From positions 8,866,001 to 8,930,000 of the forward strand of contig NC_058368.1 of the NCBI RefSeq assembly GCF_018350175.1: DNA of 64,000 nt, read 5' to 3'. Within the stretch, counting starts at the first letter, position 1; every line of letters starts with the position of its first letter. This document shows, piece by piece, positions 12,606 through 26,144 of the stretch. This stretch comes from Felis catus. Its lineage: Eukaryota. Made by a program: the position numbers and the translations under genes. Below the pieces are notes generated by a model. That model had not been told where the DNA came from, did not search any database, and worked only from the letters and a program-made list of their open reading frames with translations.

Positions 12606-14671
12606 GCCTCCGCACACAGCCAGTGAGGGCTGGCCTCAAGCCAGCCAGACACCGTGCTGGTGCTTCATACACGTAAACACATATTTAATCCTGGCTCCAC
12701 TCTGTGAGGTAGAGTTGTCTTTATTTTTCAGTCGAAGGTCACTTCTCCGAATGTTCTCTCAGTTTTGGCGACTGTATAAATAAATTACAATCGTCTGCAT
12801 GTGGGCAGGAAGCCACCACCATGGAAGTAATGATTCCCCCGGAAGCGGTGAGGTGGCTGTTCTATTGGAGACACGGCCCAGGGGACACTGCTACTAATTC
12901 AGTAGGGTTCGCTCCTGCATTGGGGCACAACTGTTCCTTGGAATTGATTGGATGGATTTGGTAGTAATGGAGAGAGGCTGAGAGGAGTTGATAGGGAAAC
13001 GCACAACTTTGAAAACATCAGCTCCTAAAGATCTAAAACATTAATCCTCCTTTCCCGTGAAAAATTAAAAGCAGTAAACCCTTGGACAGGAAATGAAGGT
13101 AATCATAGGTCTGGGAAAGCCCCAGAGAGCTATCTCCCGAATCCTTTGGAGAACACAGAATACACAAGGCATGCCTGCATGTGACAACCTGAAGGAAGGA
13201 AGGAATATATTTAAACCTCCTACCACCAAATGCATTAAAATGTATTATCTAGCAGTCGGTTGGTCTCCATACCCACCTAGGATCAAATAAGGGGGACCGG
13301 GCCACCCACACTCTGGGACAGAGGATTGAAACTAGCACCATGCTGTGGAATAGGGCCACTCTGTGCGGTGGAGCTTCCTAAATGATGGGGTCCTGGGAAT
13401 TCGTTTTCTAGAACTCTCCGTAAGGCAAATTCTCCACCATGAACGGCAGCCCAGAACTTCAGCTTATGCTCTATTGAAACGTTTTTCTGGATGTTATTAA
13501 AAGCCCCTTAAGCTCCTTCTAAAAGGGATGTTCAACACGGAGAGGATGTTACTTGTACCAATTAGGTAACAGGTGCTAAGTTCAGATAAAATTAAAGGGT
13601 GATCTTCTCAATGCCATTTTGCAAGGAGAAAAAAAAAATTAAAAGCAATCAGTACTCACTGCAACCCCCACGAAGCCATGCTCTCTGTGCTGTCCGAAGC
13701 CTGGGCCTTCAGGATGGTCCCAATGGAATCTGAGATGAGCATGTGCCGTGGAGATTCATTTTAAGCTCCACAAGCCCAAATTAACCCGGAGGAAAGGAAG
13801 AACGACTATGCAAAACCATTTCCCCATCAAGCCATTTCCTCAATCTGGGCAGTGATGTTATTAGTCCTCCTGTGGACCACATTGTTTTGCTTTGCAAACC
13901 TTATGATTCTAACCATCCTCTTAATTCCATTTCCTCTCTCGCCTCCATAAATCATCCTTGTGTTTTTCTCCTCTCACACCCAGCTTCCTTACAAGCATTG
14001 CACATTATATTCACATGCAGGATCAGTCATTATCCATTGGTTGAAATGCTTGTCCTTTGTCTTAAAGAACCCATAAAAATGGTACCAAGTATTTATTACC
14101 GTGAAGGAACCTCACGGGTTGGGATTTTTATGGGTTTTTTTTTTCCTTATATTTTTTTTGTTTCCCTTCCAAACTGTAAGGCAGAATGGCAGCCCTATTA
14201 TTATGGGAAAGAACACTACCAAGATCCACATGGATTGAATCCTGGCTGTCCCTCTCTGCCTGTGTCCACTCGGACAAGTGACTTCACCCACCGAGCCTCT
14301 GTCTCCTCTTCTATAAAATCAGAGCAAAAATGCCCATTTTGCCCCACTTGGAAATGAGCTGGGCAGATCAAACAAGGTAGTATTGTGTGTTAGAGAACTT
14401 GATCGTGAAAGCACATACCAATGCCAAGCACTGATTTCACTATGAATGTCTCAGGTCATGGGGATGACCGATGGTGCACATTTTCTCCGCAGATGAAACT
14501 GACCTCTTTAGGGGACCATTTGGGGTGGGAGGGGGATTGTAATTACACAAACGACATACGCTTCCCTGTCTTCTTCAAGGGAAGATTCTTCTTCATGACC
14601 TGTGCCACCATTACAAATCCATTGCACTCTAGAAGGGTAGGACACGAAGGGGACGTAGCGCTCAAAGTGCC

Positions 14672-15293
14672 TGTAGTAACCAGTCTGTTAGGCTGCTGTC
14701 GGAAAACGCCACGGACATGGGGGCTTAGCCAACAGAAGCTGATTTTCTCACACTTCCGGAGGCCGGAAGTCAAGAGCAGAGTGCCACGGGGTTGCCTTCT
14801 GCTGAGGCCTCTCTCCTTGGCTCGAAGGTAGACAGACATCTTCTCCCCGTGTCCTCTCTGAGCATGCATTCCTAGTGTGTCTTCCTCTTAGTAAACAATT
14901 TTCTTAAGTTTTTATTTATTTATTTTGAGAGAGAAAGAGAGAGCAAATGTGAGCAGGGGAGAGGCAGAGAGAGGGGGAGAGAGAGAATCCCAAGCAGGCT
15001 CCACGCTGTCAGCACAGAGCCTGCTGCGGGGCTTGATCCCACGAACCATGAGATCATGACCTGAGCAGAAACCAAGAGTCAGACACTTGACTGACTGAGC
15101 CACCCGGGCGCCCCTCTCTTCCTCTTCTTATGAGGACAGCGGTCCCACTGGATTAAGGCCCACCCTGATGGCCCTGTTTTAACTCAGTCACCTCTTCAAG
15201 GCCCCTTTCTCCCCAAACAGTTACATCCTGAGGTACTGGGGGTTAAGATTTCAACATACTATTTTGGGGTCAGGACCCAATTCAGCCCAGAAC
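14672..15293 (-). mobile_element. MaLR solo LTR (MLT1A/B-like) split by a SINE
   Basis: gggggcttagccaacagaagctgattttctcacacttccggaggccggaagtcaag..ttacatcctgaggtactggggttaagatttcaacata. Confidence 0.8.
14891..15114 (-). mobile_element. CAN-SINE inserted into MLT1
   Basis: Reverse-complement head ending at 15114. TSD tcttcctctt. Confidence 0.92.
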
Positions 15294-16199
15294 AGGGCCC
15301 ATTCCTCCTCATTTTACAGATGAGACTGTTGAGGCCCAGAGAGGTTGAGGGAGATACTAAAACTCCCACAGCCCTGGTCAACGGGCTGGAGCAGAGGCCT
15401 GCCTGGAGACCAGTGTTCCTCCCCCCTCCGCCTCACCTCAAGGGCTCCCTGCTACCTGTGTCCTCTCTCCTTCCCCCTGGACTTTCATATCTCCCCCCCA
15501 TACCTCCTGCAGCCCCCACCATTCTCTCCTTCTGTCATGTGGAAACTGTACTATTCAGGAATCAGGGTGTGGAAAGAGTTATTTAATATCGGCCTGGGCG
15601 AAAGCATCTTTAGCACATAATGACCTCTGTTGGTCAACCTCTGTTGAAGTCTCCTGTATATGGTCATCCAGTCTGGGGGGCTGTGTTCCCAAAATTTGAC
15701 GAACAGCTAAGTAAAATGTCCGTGCACTTTAACACACTCCTAGACAAGAAGTCTTTCTGGATCTGTGACGTAGCAGTCAAAACTCCTAGCATCTGGAAAA
15801 TCTTTACCTTACCGCGGCCAGACCTTGTGCATTCTTCCAGAAACCATTTACACACCCGCAGGGAGAAAAACACGTCTGTCAAACTGCCCCTGCTTTGCTG
15901 GGAGAGACTTAATAACTAGAGTCTATCCTAAGTCTCAGGCTTTTAACACCTCAACACTTTAATAAAATAGATCACAGCATAGGAACCAATGCCATACAGA
16001 GGACCATCATTAATCACTAAGTGGGCTTGTCAAAATTCAGGAGTCCCGAGTTTTGTGTTTTTCAACAACATCCGGGAAAGCCCTTCCCGAGTACCATGGA
16101 CCAGAGGAGAATCCCCCCGTAGCATCTGTGAACTGTGGACCCTCATATGTGTATAAATTCATGTGTGAGTTCAGTAGAGGTTTGTTCGGTGCCTAATGC

Positions 16200-17080
16200 G
16201 GAGCATTCCTCCCCAGTGGAACTCCTAACTCTGTGTTCCCGTTTCCTTAAACGGCAGACCCCCCCCCCACCCCCCGCCGTTGCTCAGACCAGTATCCTGA
16301 GTCGTGCTTCCTGACTCCCTTCCTCTCCCTCCTCCAATCCATGAGCGCATCAAGGTGGCTTTGCTTCCCAGATACAGCGCACATCCACCGTTCCTCAGCC
16401 TATTATAGCCTTAGTCCCAGGCACCATGAGGTTTGCCTGGGCTCCAAATACATCCTCCTCACTGCTGTTCTTGTCCCGCCTCTTGCTTCCTACAGTCTGT
16501 CGTCCATGCAGCCGCCAGAGGGATCTTGCAGAAGCTTACTTCGCTCTTGTTATCCCCTGTTTGGTACTATCTGGACATCCCCCTGGACCAGAGTAGAACC
16601 CTAACTCCTCCCCAGGGACCGTGGGCCCTAAGTGATCTGACCCCGTCTGTCTCTTGAACTTCACCTTCCCCCATGCTGTCCGTCACAGACACTCGAACCC
16701 TGGGGCAGTCTTTCTGTTCCTTCTGTGCTCCGAAAGGGTCCAGGCTCAGGACCTTTGCACTGGCGGTGCCTTCTGCATGAGACTCCCTCCCTCCAGCTCT
16801 CTATGCACTGCCTCTTTCTCATTCACTGCTGTTCGGGTGCTGTCTTCCTAAAGGGACCTCCCTTGTCCATCGCAGCTCAAACTAACCTGCCCTTTCCCTG
16901 GTCCTTTGCCAGCATGGCCCTTCTTCCACTTCTCTGCAGCTATTGAAAGAAAGCTTTAGCTCTCTAAAGTTCTGTGTAAAAGTCTTGCTCATTTGTTGGC
17001 CCCCCATGACAGTGTGTCTTGTCCACAGTGTGTCTACTTCTGGGTGTGGCAAACGGCGGGTGCTCGGTAAGTTCAGTTAC
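16200..17080 (-). mobile_element. L2 remnant
   Basis: catgcagccgccagagggatctt, caggacctttgcactggcggtgccttctgc. Confidence 0.5.
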
Positions 17081-17789
17081 TGCCTCTTGACTGTGGGTCT
17101 GCCTGTGGACAGGATTCTATCCCACGGGTGAGGGACACAGACAGGTCAAGAGATGTACCGCAATTCAAAACAGTGAGTGCTTGAAGGGTGCAATGCCAGG
17201 GGCTTGCCTTACAGCCGAGATATTACAACCCTGGCCCCCCGGGGTGGCCCCCTCCAGAGGGACTGTGGGAATGGGGAGGCACCGGCCAGGGCTCCAGCGC
17301 CTGCTCTGTGTGGCCTGGCCCACTCACACCGTGGCCTTGGATCCAGCCCCCGCCTGGTCCCTTGCAAATGGAGATCAGGCTCCTACCAGAACCTATCCAG
17401 GTGGGGCAGGTGCATCAGGTGCTTGGCACCTAGGAGGCACTCCCTAACTGCACAAGCGCCCATTTTTTCCCCAGGCCCTGGAGATGCTGCCGGACCTGCG
17501 GAGATGACAGGAGACCCAGGACTCTCTCCCTTGTCTCCTTCTCTCTCATTTCTACTCAGTACCTGAACCCTTCACGTTCCGTTTCCAGCCCCGCCTTTTC
17601 TTTCTCCATGACATTTTCATCAAAAGGAAAATCTTAGAGAGAAACCGAGGGCAGGGCCGTGGAGGACAGTGTGGCCAAATCCCAGGCACCATGTTTGTGG
17701 ACGGACCCTGTTTGCCTCCTGCTTGTCTCGGTGATCTGACAAGTGTGGACAAAGGCAGTTGCCACCGAAGGGCATTTTTCAGGCATTAT

Positions 17790-17804
17790 AGCTCCCCCTG
17801 GCGG
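17790..17804 (-). promoter_or_regulatory. CTCF-like motif CCGCCAGGGGGAGCT
   Basis: Reverse complement of agctccccctggcgg. Motif match only. Confidence 0.45.
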
Positions 17805-18254
17805 GCACTGGTTTGTTACAGAATCACCGCCATTAAAAACCAACAACAAAAAACAAAAACTTCCTAGCATAACGATGCTCATAAACTTTAAACCCCTGTA
17901 ACTGCCCTCCTGGGTATTTATCCCAGTGAAAAAATCAAAATAGTGTACGGGTGACGTGAACCAAATTTCCAGCAATAAGGGCGTGTAAATTATGGTACAT
18001 CACCATGAGAATCTGAGGTGGCCATAAAAATGTTGAGCACAAAGACAAGGAAAGCACCTAACAGAATACGAAGAATTCACACCAGTGCAACAGCTATGAA
18101 GCGATCATGCAGTTGAAAATTTCCTCTTTTCTGTGTAGCGAGATGACGGGCAATTTTTCAGTTTTTTCCTTGGAAGTTATTATGTCCGTTTAATTATTCC
18201 CCACCTTCTGTGTAACTGTGGGATCTCCCTCCATCTATACGTAACGATAGTGAC

Positions 18255-18585
18255 TGCGTTAGTTTCCTAGGCAGTGACCAAGGCCTGTAGGCTGAGTGGC
18301 TCAAACAACCGAGATCAATTTTCTCACAGCTGTGGAGGCTAGCAGGCCAAGATCAAGGTGTTGGCAGAGTCGGTTTCTTCTGAGGCCCCTGCCCTCTTGG
18401 CTTCCCCTGTCACATCATCTTCTTTCCAGAGGCGTCTGTGTCCTATGAAGACACCAGTCATATTAGATTCACGCCAGCCCTAATGACATCATTGTAACCG
18501 AATTACCTCTATAAATATCCTGTCTCCAAACATGGCCACATCCTGAGGTCCTGGGGGGTTAACACTTCAACATATGAATTCGGTG
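18255..18585 (-). mobile_element. MaLR solo LTR (MLT1A/B-like)
   Basis: ctgagtggctcaaacaaccgagatcaattttctcacagctgtggaggctagcaggccaagatcaaggtgttggcag..cttcaacatatgaatt. Confidence 0.8.
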
Positions 18586-18830
18586 ACTATTATAATAGGA
18601 GCACTTATTTATATAGAGCATTGCCTCTTTATGTTTAGATGATTTTACAAATTGTTCTAACGAAAGCACTCCTTATGATGCAAAAGGCAGTGTCATATTT
18701 TCCCTTAAGCTTTTATCATGATCTACAGAGCCAGTGCTGTAACTACACGTTTGCTCCCTCTTTGGCAAACCAGTAAAAGTTGTAACGAGTCGAATGACGT
18801 TCGGGGCAATTATTTAAAGAAAACTGATCT

Positions 18831-19048
18831 TGGGGAGGCCGTGTCGCTCAGTCGGTTAAGCGTCTGACTCTTGATTTCCGCTCAGGTCATGATCTCACAG
18901 TCATGGGATCGAGCCCCGCCTTGAGCGCCACGTTGGACGTGGAGACTGCTTAAGATTTTCTCTCTCCCTCTCTGCCCCTCCCCACTCACACGTGCACGAG
19001 CGCTCTCGCGCTCTCTTTCTCTCTCTCGCAAAAAAATAAAAATAAAAA
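18831..19048 (+). mobile_element. CAN-SINE
   Basis: Head and body. TSD aaaactgatctt. Confidence 0.92.
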
Positions 19049-20116
19049 CTGATCTTCCTCACTGAGTTTTTCCCCTCTCGGTGGATTTATGAACTGTGGT
19101 AAAGATGATGCTTGTTTTACAAATGGGTCCATGGCAATTTTACTCTGCCAGTGTCCCGGAGATCACTATATCTTCATGTGTTACGCTCATAGGTTGATAG
19201 ATGGGTATCTGTGTATTATGTATGTCTGAGGATGTGCTAAATTCAGCTTTAATAATATAGTATATACGTACACACCACTATATATATTCTTACATACATA
19301 TGTTCAATTATTTAAAGTTGCACAACAGACTCTAATCCTGCTTTTGCTTTCAAACTATTGCTTCATGAATTACAAACGTTACATTTTCTTGGCCAACCAA
19401 AATCCTGATATTTTTGAAATTATTTTCTTATCCTCTTAGGTTCTATGGATTGATTATTACGGTGTTTGTGTCTCGCTATAAAGTACCAACTGCTTCCACA
19501 CGAATAGAAAAAAAGAAGGAAGGAAGGAAAGTGAGACTCCAGATGTTGTCTAAGGCTGCCAAATTAGCCGGCATTCATCTGTCTGCAGAATGCCCGAATA
19601 GGTACATTTTTGAAGATTTACCAGAAGAGAGAGGCCATTTATTTCTTTAGAGACTCCATTATTGGAGCTGTCCCCCTTGGGGCCCCAGCTGTTCCTCCGA
19701 GTAAATATCTTCTGCAGGCCTGGGCCTTACAACATGGGGGCATGGAAAGAACAGAAGTCTCACCTCTTGTATGTGATAACAACCGGGAATTTGGGGATTG
19801 GAGCTGTCTGTGAAAAAAAAAAAAATTACCTTGCCACTTTATAGACAGCAAAACCGAGGCCTTCACAGCTCATTTATTTAAGGCAACAGTGCAGGTCAGG
19901 GACAGCCCTGGGATGAACACAATCATTTCTGAGCCTCCAGACAGATTGCCAGGCCCGTGAATCATCCTGCCACTAATATAAATGAAATAGCAAGTAAGAT
20001 CAGAGTCTTGTCAGTTCTGACCACTGGATACCATAACCTTTTCAAACCCCTTCTTTTCGTTAATTATGATAGTAATTTTTTCAACGTTTTTTTAACTCTT
20101 AAAACATGCAAACACA

Positions 20117-20330
20117 GGGGCGCCTGGGTGGCTCAGTCGGTTGAGCTTCCGACTTCGGCTCAGGTCATGATCTCGCGGTGTGTGAGTTCGAGCCCCACAT
20201 TGGGCTCTGTGCTGAGCGCTCGGAGCCTGGAGTCTGCTTCCGAATCTGTGTCTTCCTCTCTCTCTTGCTCCTCCCCCGCTCATGCTCTGTCTCTCTCTCT
20301 GTCAAAAATAAATAAACATTTTAAAAAAAA
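20117..20330 (+). mobile_element. CAN-SINE (SINEC_Fc-like)
   Basis: Canonical head, CT tract, A tail. Confidence 0.95.
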
Positions 20331-20747
20331 CACACAAACACATCATAAAGCTGTTTATTAAATGCATATTGGACAGTGAGTCCTATGATTAAGCACACAA
20401 CCTCCCGAGGGAAGAGGTGGAAATAGAGATACAATTTCATTACAAGTAGGATTACACTCTCACATTATTTCTGCATCTTGCCTTTGTTTGTTTAACAACA
20501 CGTTGCAGATATCCTTCCGTAATGGCACAAAAAGATTTACCTTATCTTTTTGCTCGTTACCTATACCCCACTGTTCATGCGTATCGGATTTATCACTTAT
20601 CTAACTAGCCCACACTTCCTCCTAAGGCAAATCACGTGGTGGTAATCTTCCTTGATCAACTTCTTTTCTGCACTTGTGAAATTGTTGGGTTCAAAGACAT
20701 GCTCTATTTAATTTCTTTTTTTCCAGCGTAACTAAGGGGCTTCTGTT

Positions 20748-20961
20748 TCTTTTTTAAAAAATTTTAAGTTTATTTATTTCTTTTGAGAGAGAGAGAAAGT
20801 GCGAGTGGGGGAGGCACAGAGAGAAAGGAAGAGGGAGACAATCCCAAGCCAGCTCTGCACTGCCAGCATGGAGCCCAGAGCGGGGCTCAAACTCATGAAC
20901 TGTGAGATCGTGACCTCAGCCAAAGCCGGACATTTAACCGACGGACCCACTCAGGCACCCC
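20748..20961 (-). mobile_element. CAN-SINE
   Basis: Reverse-complement head and (GA)n tract. Confidence 0.9.
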
Positions 20962-21398
20962 TCCTTTTATTTCTTTCTTTACTTTTTGATCTGTTTCATT
21001 CTGTCGACACAATCTGCAGAGTCAACTTACTGCCTTGATTTTCTGGAATTAATGATACTGATATGACTATATAATATATAAATTTTTTCTCAAAGAAAGT
21101 AGTACTTTATCAAGGCCAAAATACATGATTAGCATTTCTTATTATTTTCATTTGAGTTTTGTATGCTCAATCTATCTCTAGTTAAGAAGTGGTGAAAATG
21201 GTGAAGTTCTATTATATTCCACAGGCATCCGGGTATGTGTGTATGTGTGTATAGGACAGCATAGTGGTGGGGTTTTCATTTTCATTTTATTTTGCCAGCA
21301 TATATCCTCATTATTGTTATAAAGAGTGTTCAAATCAGAGTATGACCTTTCCTTCTATAAAGACATCTACATTTATCCTCTAAGGTGTTTTCCCTGCC

Positions 21399-21400
<2 letters not shown>

Positions 21401-21466
<66 letters not shown>

Positions 21467-21627
21467 GAGAGACAGGGGAGGGGCAGATAGAGAGAGAGAA
21501 TCCCAAGCGGACTCTGCACTGTCAGCACAGAGCCCGACGCGGGGCTTGAACCCAGGAACCGTGAGATCGTGACCTGAGCCGAAACCAAGAGTTGGATGCT
21601 TAATGGACTGGGCAACACAGGCGCCCC
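21401..21627 (-). mobile_element. CAN-SINE with (TA)n tail microsatellite at about 21401-21457
   Basis: Reverse-complement head at 21627. Tail expanded into a TA repeat. Confidence 0.9.
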
Positions 21628-21649
21628 ATGTTATATTTTAATTTTTTCC

Positions 21650-21840
21650 CTTTTTTTTGTAAAAACTTCATCAAGATATAATTTTCATACCACACAGCTC
21701 AGCATGTAAAGTGTATAATTCAGTGGTTTGGGTACAGGGTTGTGCACCTGTCAGCACGGTCTATTTAGAACACTTTTATCACCCCAAAAAGAAATGCCGT
21801 GTTCTTAGCTGTCACCCCTGAGTGGTCCTGTCCCTCTCAT
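21650..21840 (-). mobile_element. L1MB-like 3' end remnant
   Basis: aaagtgtataattcagtggttt..gttgtgcacc..tttagaacacttttatcaccccaaaaagaaa. Confidence 0.6.
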
Positions 21841-22113
21841 GTAAAGCTGAAAGCTACGTTCGCCCTCCAAAGCGGCTAATCGATTATATTCCCACGAATG
21901 GTTCTTTGGGTGCCATTTTTCTCATACCCATCCTGTGTTATCAAAATATTTCACCTTTCTCAAGCCTCATAGATGAAAAATTACATTTTACTTTGGTGTG
22001 CACGTATTTAATCCTGCATGGTGCTGGCCATCTATTTGTATATTTTTTTTTTGGTCATTTGGATCACCTACGTGTGCCCTGCTCGTAGACCTACTTTAAA
22101 TACAAGCAGCGTA

Positions 22114-22330
22114 GGGGCGCCTGGGTGGCTCAGTCGGTTAAGCGTCCGACTTCAACTCAGGTCACGATCTCACGGTCCGTGGGTTCGAGCCCTGCGTCGG
22201 GCTCTGGGCTGATGGCTCAGAGCCTGGAGCCTGCCTCCGATTCTGTGTCTGCCTCTCTCTCTGCCCCTCCCCCGTTCATGCTCTGTCTCTCTCTGTCTCA
22301 AAAATAAATAAACGTTAAAATAAATAAATA
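22114..22330 (+). mobile_element. CAN-SINE (young SINEC_Fc-like)
   Basis: Close to consensus. TSD aaata(c/t)aagcagcgta. Confidence 0.96.
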
Positions 22331-23259
22331 AATATAAGCAGCGTATGGTCATTGCCTCATTTGACCTCATCCACGGGTGCGTGGTACGTGGGGCAAAGAC
22401 CACCGTGAAGTCAGTTCATCCAAATTACAGAAACAAGAGAAGCCTCCAGAGAGGCCTCGTGCACCCGGACACCCACCCTGGGGGCTCATTACTGGGGGGC
22501 TCCCCGGGCGTTAGGTAAAATTATTGCCCCTCTGCTTGCCTCAGTTTGACTTTGTCTCAATCTACCAGCTACTAACTCTTATTAAATGCACATTCCATGG
22601 TCTTCATCCTGTGCTATTAAAATCCAGTCACCCCAGGGTAAACCTGTCGCTATATACGCACCTCTTACCTAGCCCGTGGATCCTGATAGCTTTTTTCACC
22701 AGCTACAGTCCCCGGTGAGACCCCTAACAACTTTTCCCTGGCTGGAGGGTCTTTGGGAAAAGCTGGAGCTTTGCTAAAGCCAGGGAGCCAGACCTCGTGG
22801 GCGCAGGCATTGTCCCACTGCTGCTGAGCCCCTGTGGCTGTTAGTTACTGTCACATTCAGGGACCATCGCCTCCAGTGAACCCTTGACCTTTTTCCACCA
22901 CAACCTCACTGCCAGGCACCAGAAAGCCTCACATTGAGTCTACTATTCATTCTCGTATTTATCGGCAAGCAGTCAAAGGCCGTCTTCATCCCCGGTGGTC
23001 AGCCCAGTGCACCCCCAGCAATCTGTCCCTTAGGTAAACCTCGCCTAAAAGATATACTCACAGCAGATGTGACAACAATACTCAGGGGCATCGCTAGCAT
23101 ATTTGACACTCTAGATGGGCCATTTGGAGTACCGCCTCCTGCAGAATCACTTGCAATGTAACCTTGCAATAATCAGTAATAAGCATTATTTTCCTGAGTC
23201 ACTACGTAAACACTTCAAAAAGAAATTTCGTCTTAAAGATGATCCACATGATTAATATT

Positions 23260-23708
23260 CGCGAAGAACACAGTGCCACTTCTGTGCTATTTCTGCCAAA
23301 CACACGTGACCCAAATCTAGTAGTGAGGAATCCTCAGACAAACCAGATGGAGAGACATTCTACAAAAGAAGTGGCCTTTCGTCTTTAAAAGTGTCAAGGT
23401 CCTGAAAGGCCAGAACAGACCAAGGAGTTCCCCAGACGGAAGGAGAGTAAGGAGACCATACAGCTAAATGTAACTCGTGTTTTACACCCAGATCCTTTTT
23501 TCTGGAAAGGGTTATTAGTGGGACAGTTGGTGAAATTTAAATGGGTCTGAGCATTGGATAACACTATCAGATCTGTGTTGATGTCCCGATTTTAATGATT
23601 CTATTGTGGTTATGGAGGAGAATATCCTGTTTGTAGGGAATATACATTAAGGAATTCAGGGTTGGTGACAGCAGGTCAGTGTCTTACTTTCAAATGGTTC
23701 AGCAGGAA
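23260..23708 (+). mobile_element. L1MC-like 3' end remnant
   Basis: cacttctgtgctatttctgccaaa..tcagacaaacc..gagacattctacaaaa..aaaagtgtcaaggtc. Confidence 0.6.
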
Positions 23709-23873
23709 GGGGCGCCTGGGTGGCTCAGTCGGTTGAGCGTCCGACTTCGGCTCAGGTCATGATCTCAGGGTTTGTGGGTTCAAGCCCCGCCTCAGGCTCT
23801 GTGCTGGCAGCTCGGAACCTGGAGCCAGCTTCGGATTCTGTGTCTCCCTCTCTCTCTCTCTGCCCCTCCCCCA

Positions 23874-23920
<47 letters not shown>

Positions 23921-23958
23921 ACTCAAAAATAAATAAAATATTTTTTAAAACTTTAAAC
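23709..23958 (+). mobile_element. CAN-SINE
   Basis: 20-bp perfect TSD ttcaaatggttcagcaggaa at 23689-23708 and 23959-23978. Confidence 0.96.
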
Positions 23959-24081
23959 TTCAAATGGTTCAGCAGGAAAAAGTCATTTATATAATAATGT
24001 ATAATAACTTGTACTGTACAGCCAAGTTTTGTCTGTAATTTTTTTTTAAATACAAAAACTATTTTTAAAAACCTCAACAGT

Positions 24082-24246
24082 GAGGCACCTGGGTGGCTCA
24101 GTCAGTTAAGCGTCCGACTTCGGCCCAGGTCATGATCTCACGGTTCATGAGTTTGAGCCCCACGTCAGGCTCTGTGCTGACAGCTCAGAGCCTGGAGCCT
24201 GCTTCAGATTCTGTGTCTCCCTCCCTCTCTCTCTGCCCCTCCCCCA

Positions 24247-24294
<48 letters not shown>

Positions 24295-24332
24295 AATAAA
24301 TAAACGTTCAAAACAAAATGAAAAAAAAAAAA
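24082..24332 (+). mobile_element. CAN-SINE
   Basis: Long (CT)n. TSD aaaaacctc(a/c)acagt. Confidence 0.95.
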
Positions 24333-24769
24333 CCTCCACAGTAATTGTAGCAATTGTTTAGAGCTTAGGCCAACAAAAGGCTTTTTTGAGGAGGATTATT
24401 TTTCACAGGCATTCTTCATAATTGCTGGTATAAGGTAACAAAAAAGAGAAGGCTTTCAAAGTTGATTCGGTTATTGCTTTTAAATTCTCTAAGAGCTTAC
24501 ACGATGGCACCCACCGACCCACCCTTGGTATACCCTGATCACGTTGGTAAATCGCGCAGACAGCCTCTCCAGATTGCGCACTGGAACCCTCCATCAGATG
24601 GCGGGATGTGGGAAAACACTAGAACAGGAAGGCCGTGGGGACGGTGTTAGGCTGCAGGGCTGGCCAGACTCTTACACGTGGTTTACACAGGACAATGTGC
24701 CTATGTGACCTCCAGCCAACCGCCACTCATTTTCCCAAGGAAAACACGTTTTGAAACATCTCCATGCTA

Positions 24770-24938
24770 GGAGCACCTGGGTGGCTCCTTTGGTGAAGCA
24801 TCTGACTCTCGGTTCCAGTTCGGGTCATGATCTCGTGGTCTTGTGAGTTCAAGCCCTGCGTCCGGCTCTGCTTGGGATCCTCTCTCTCTCTGCCCCTCCC
24901 CAACTTGTGCTCACTCTCTGTTTCAAAACAAATAAATA
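24770..24938 (+). mobile_element. CAN-SINE, internally deleted
   Basis: TSD aaacatctccatgcta. Confidence 0.9.
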
Positions 24939-26144
24939 AACATCTCCATGCTAATTAAATAATTTTTTAAGAGCCAAATGCGACAAAGAAGCCCTTGAAT
25001 GAGCTGCCTTGTCAGGGGGGGAGGGACTTCTGATTCGAGCGTTTTCAGATGCTGTGTGACCAACCTTGGGTGTATATTCCTGATCCTAACCCACCCTCCC
25101 AGTTAACCAGCACACATACCCACTCACTCAGTTACAAAGTAAATGGCAGTGTTTCCCCAGCTTGCAGCCGGGAGCGGAGGGCACGGTCGCACCCAGTCTT
25201 TGTGGAAGGCACATGGGGTGCACGTGCACCCTGGCATCTGTGTGCACGAGCTGGGTGTTAGCGACTCCACTTGAACTGACCACGGTGGGTTGTCCAGGTG
25301 TTTTCTCCTTCTTGGAAGCCGTTCCCAGTCGAGGCAGCCGTCTTTAAAACGGAAGCAGTCACGCCTGCCTGCAGCCCGGGGGAGGCATAGACGCTAAGCC
25401 AGAGCGGCTGCAGGGGCAGCCCATGCAGAGGGGTTCTGAGCGGTTAGTCCCTCCGGCGGAGAAGAATGGTGTCCGGGAAACTGCGTCACTGTCCCCCCCT
25501 CGATCTTGCCTTGAGATAGTCCCATCGGGCAATGCGGCCTGGAGGGAACAGCCTTCAGGATCCGTGTCCTCCCTCGCCCCTGCCCTCACCCCACCGCCCC
25601 CTTCCCGTCCTGTCCTGTCTCCAGCCCCCAGGTACACCCTGGTCCCAAACCTTCATGGGCAGGAGAGTCGCCTGGGACCTTGTGAAAAGTTGACATCCTG
25701 AGCCCCTCCCCCTCGGGGTTCTAATCCACTCAGGGTGCGCCTAGCAAAATGCCCAATATTTTGAGGGTGCACCTAGCACTTTGAACAAATGCCCAGTGTT
25801 TTGATGCCTCGGGTCCACGGACCCTCAGAGGAAGCCGGCTCTAGTGCGGGAACCCGGGGCTTGCGGTCGGAAAGCCCAGGTTTGCCTCCGCAGCTCTGTC
25901 TCCGCCCCCCGAAGGCCCTCGGGTAAGTCACCAGAGCTCCCCGGGGCTCAGGTTCGACCTCAACCCCCAGGGTTTGGGGCAAGGATGCAGCGGGGTAGGA
26001 GGCGAAGCGCTTTGCAAACCGCGGAGCTCTGCAGACGTTGACCTCGGTGATCCGCGCGGCGGGTATTAAAGACCCTCGGGGTCGATCCTTTTGGTGCCCC
26101 CGAACCAGCTGTCACAAAGATGTCATTCTCCCCCTCCGCACCAG

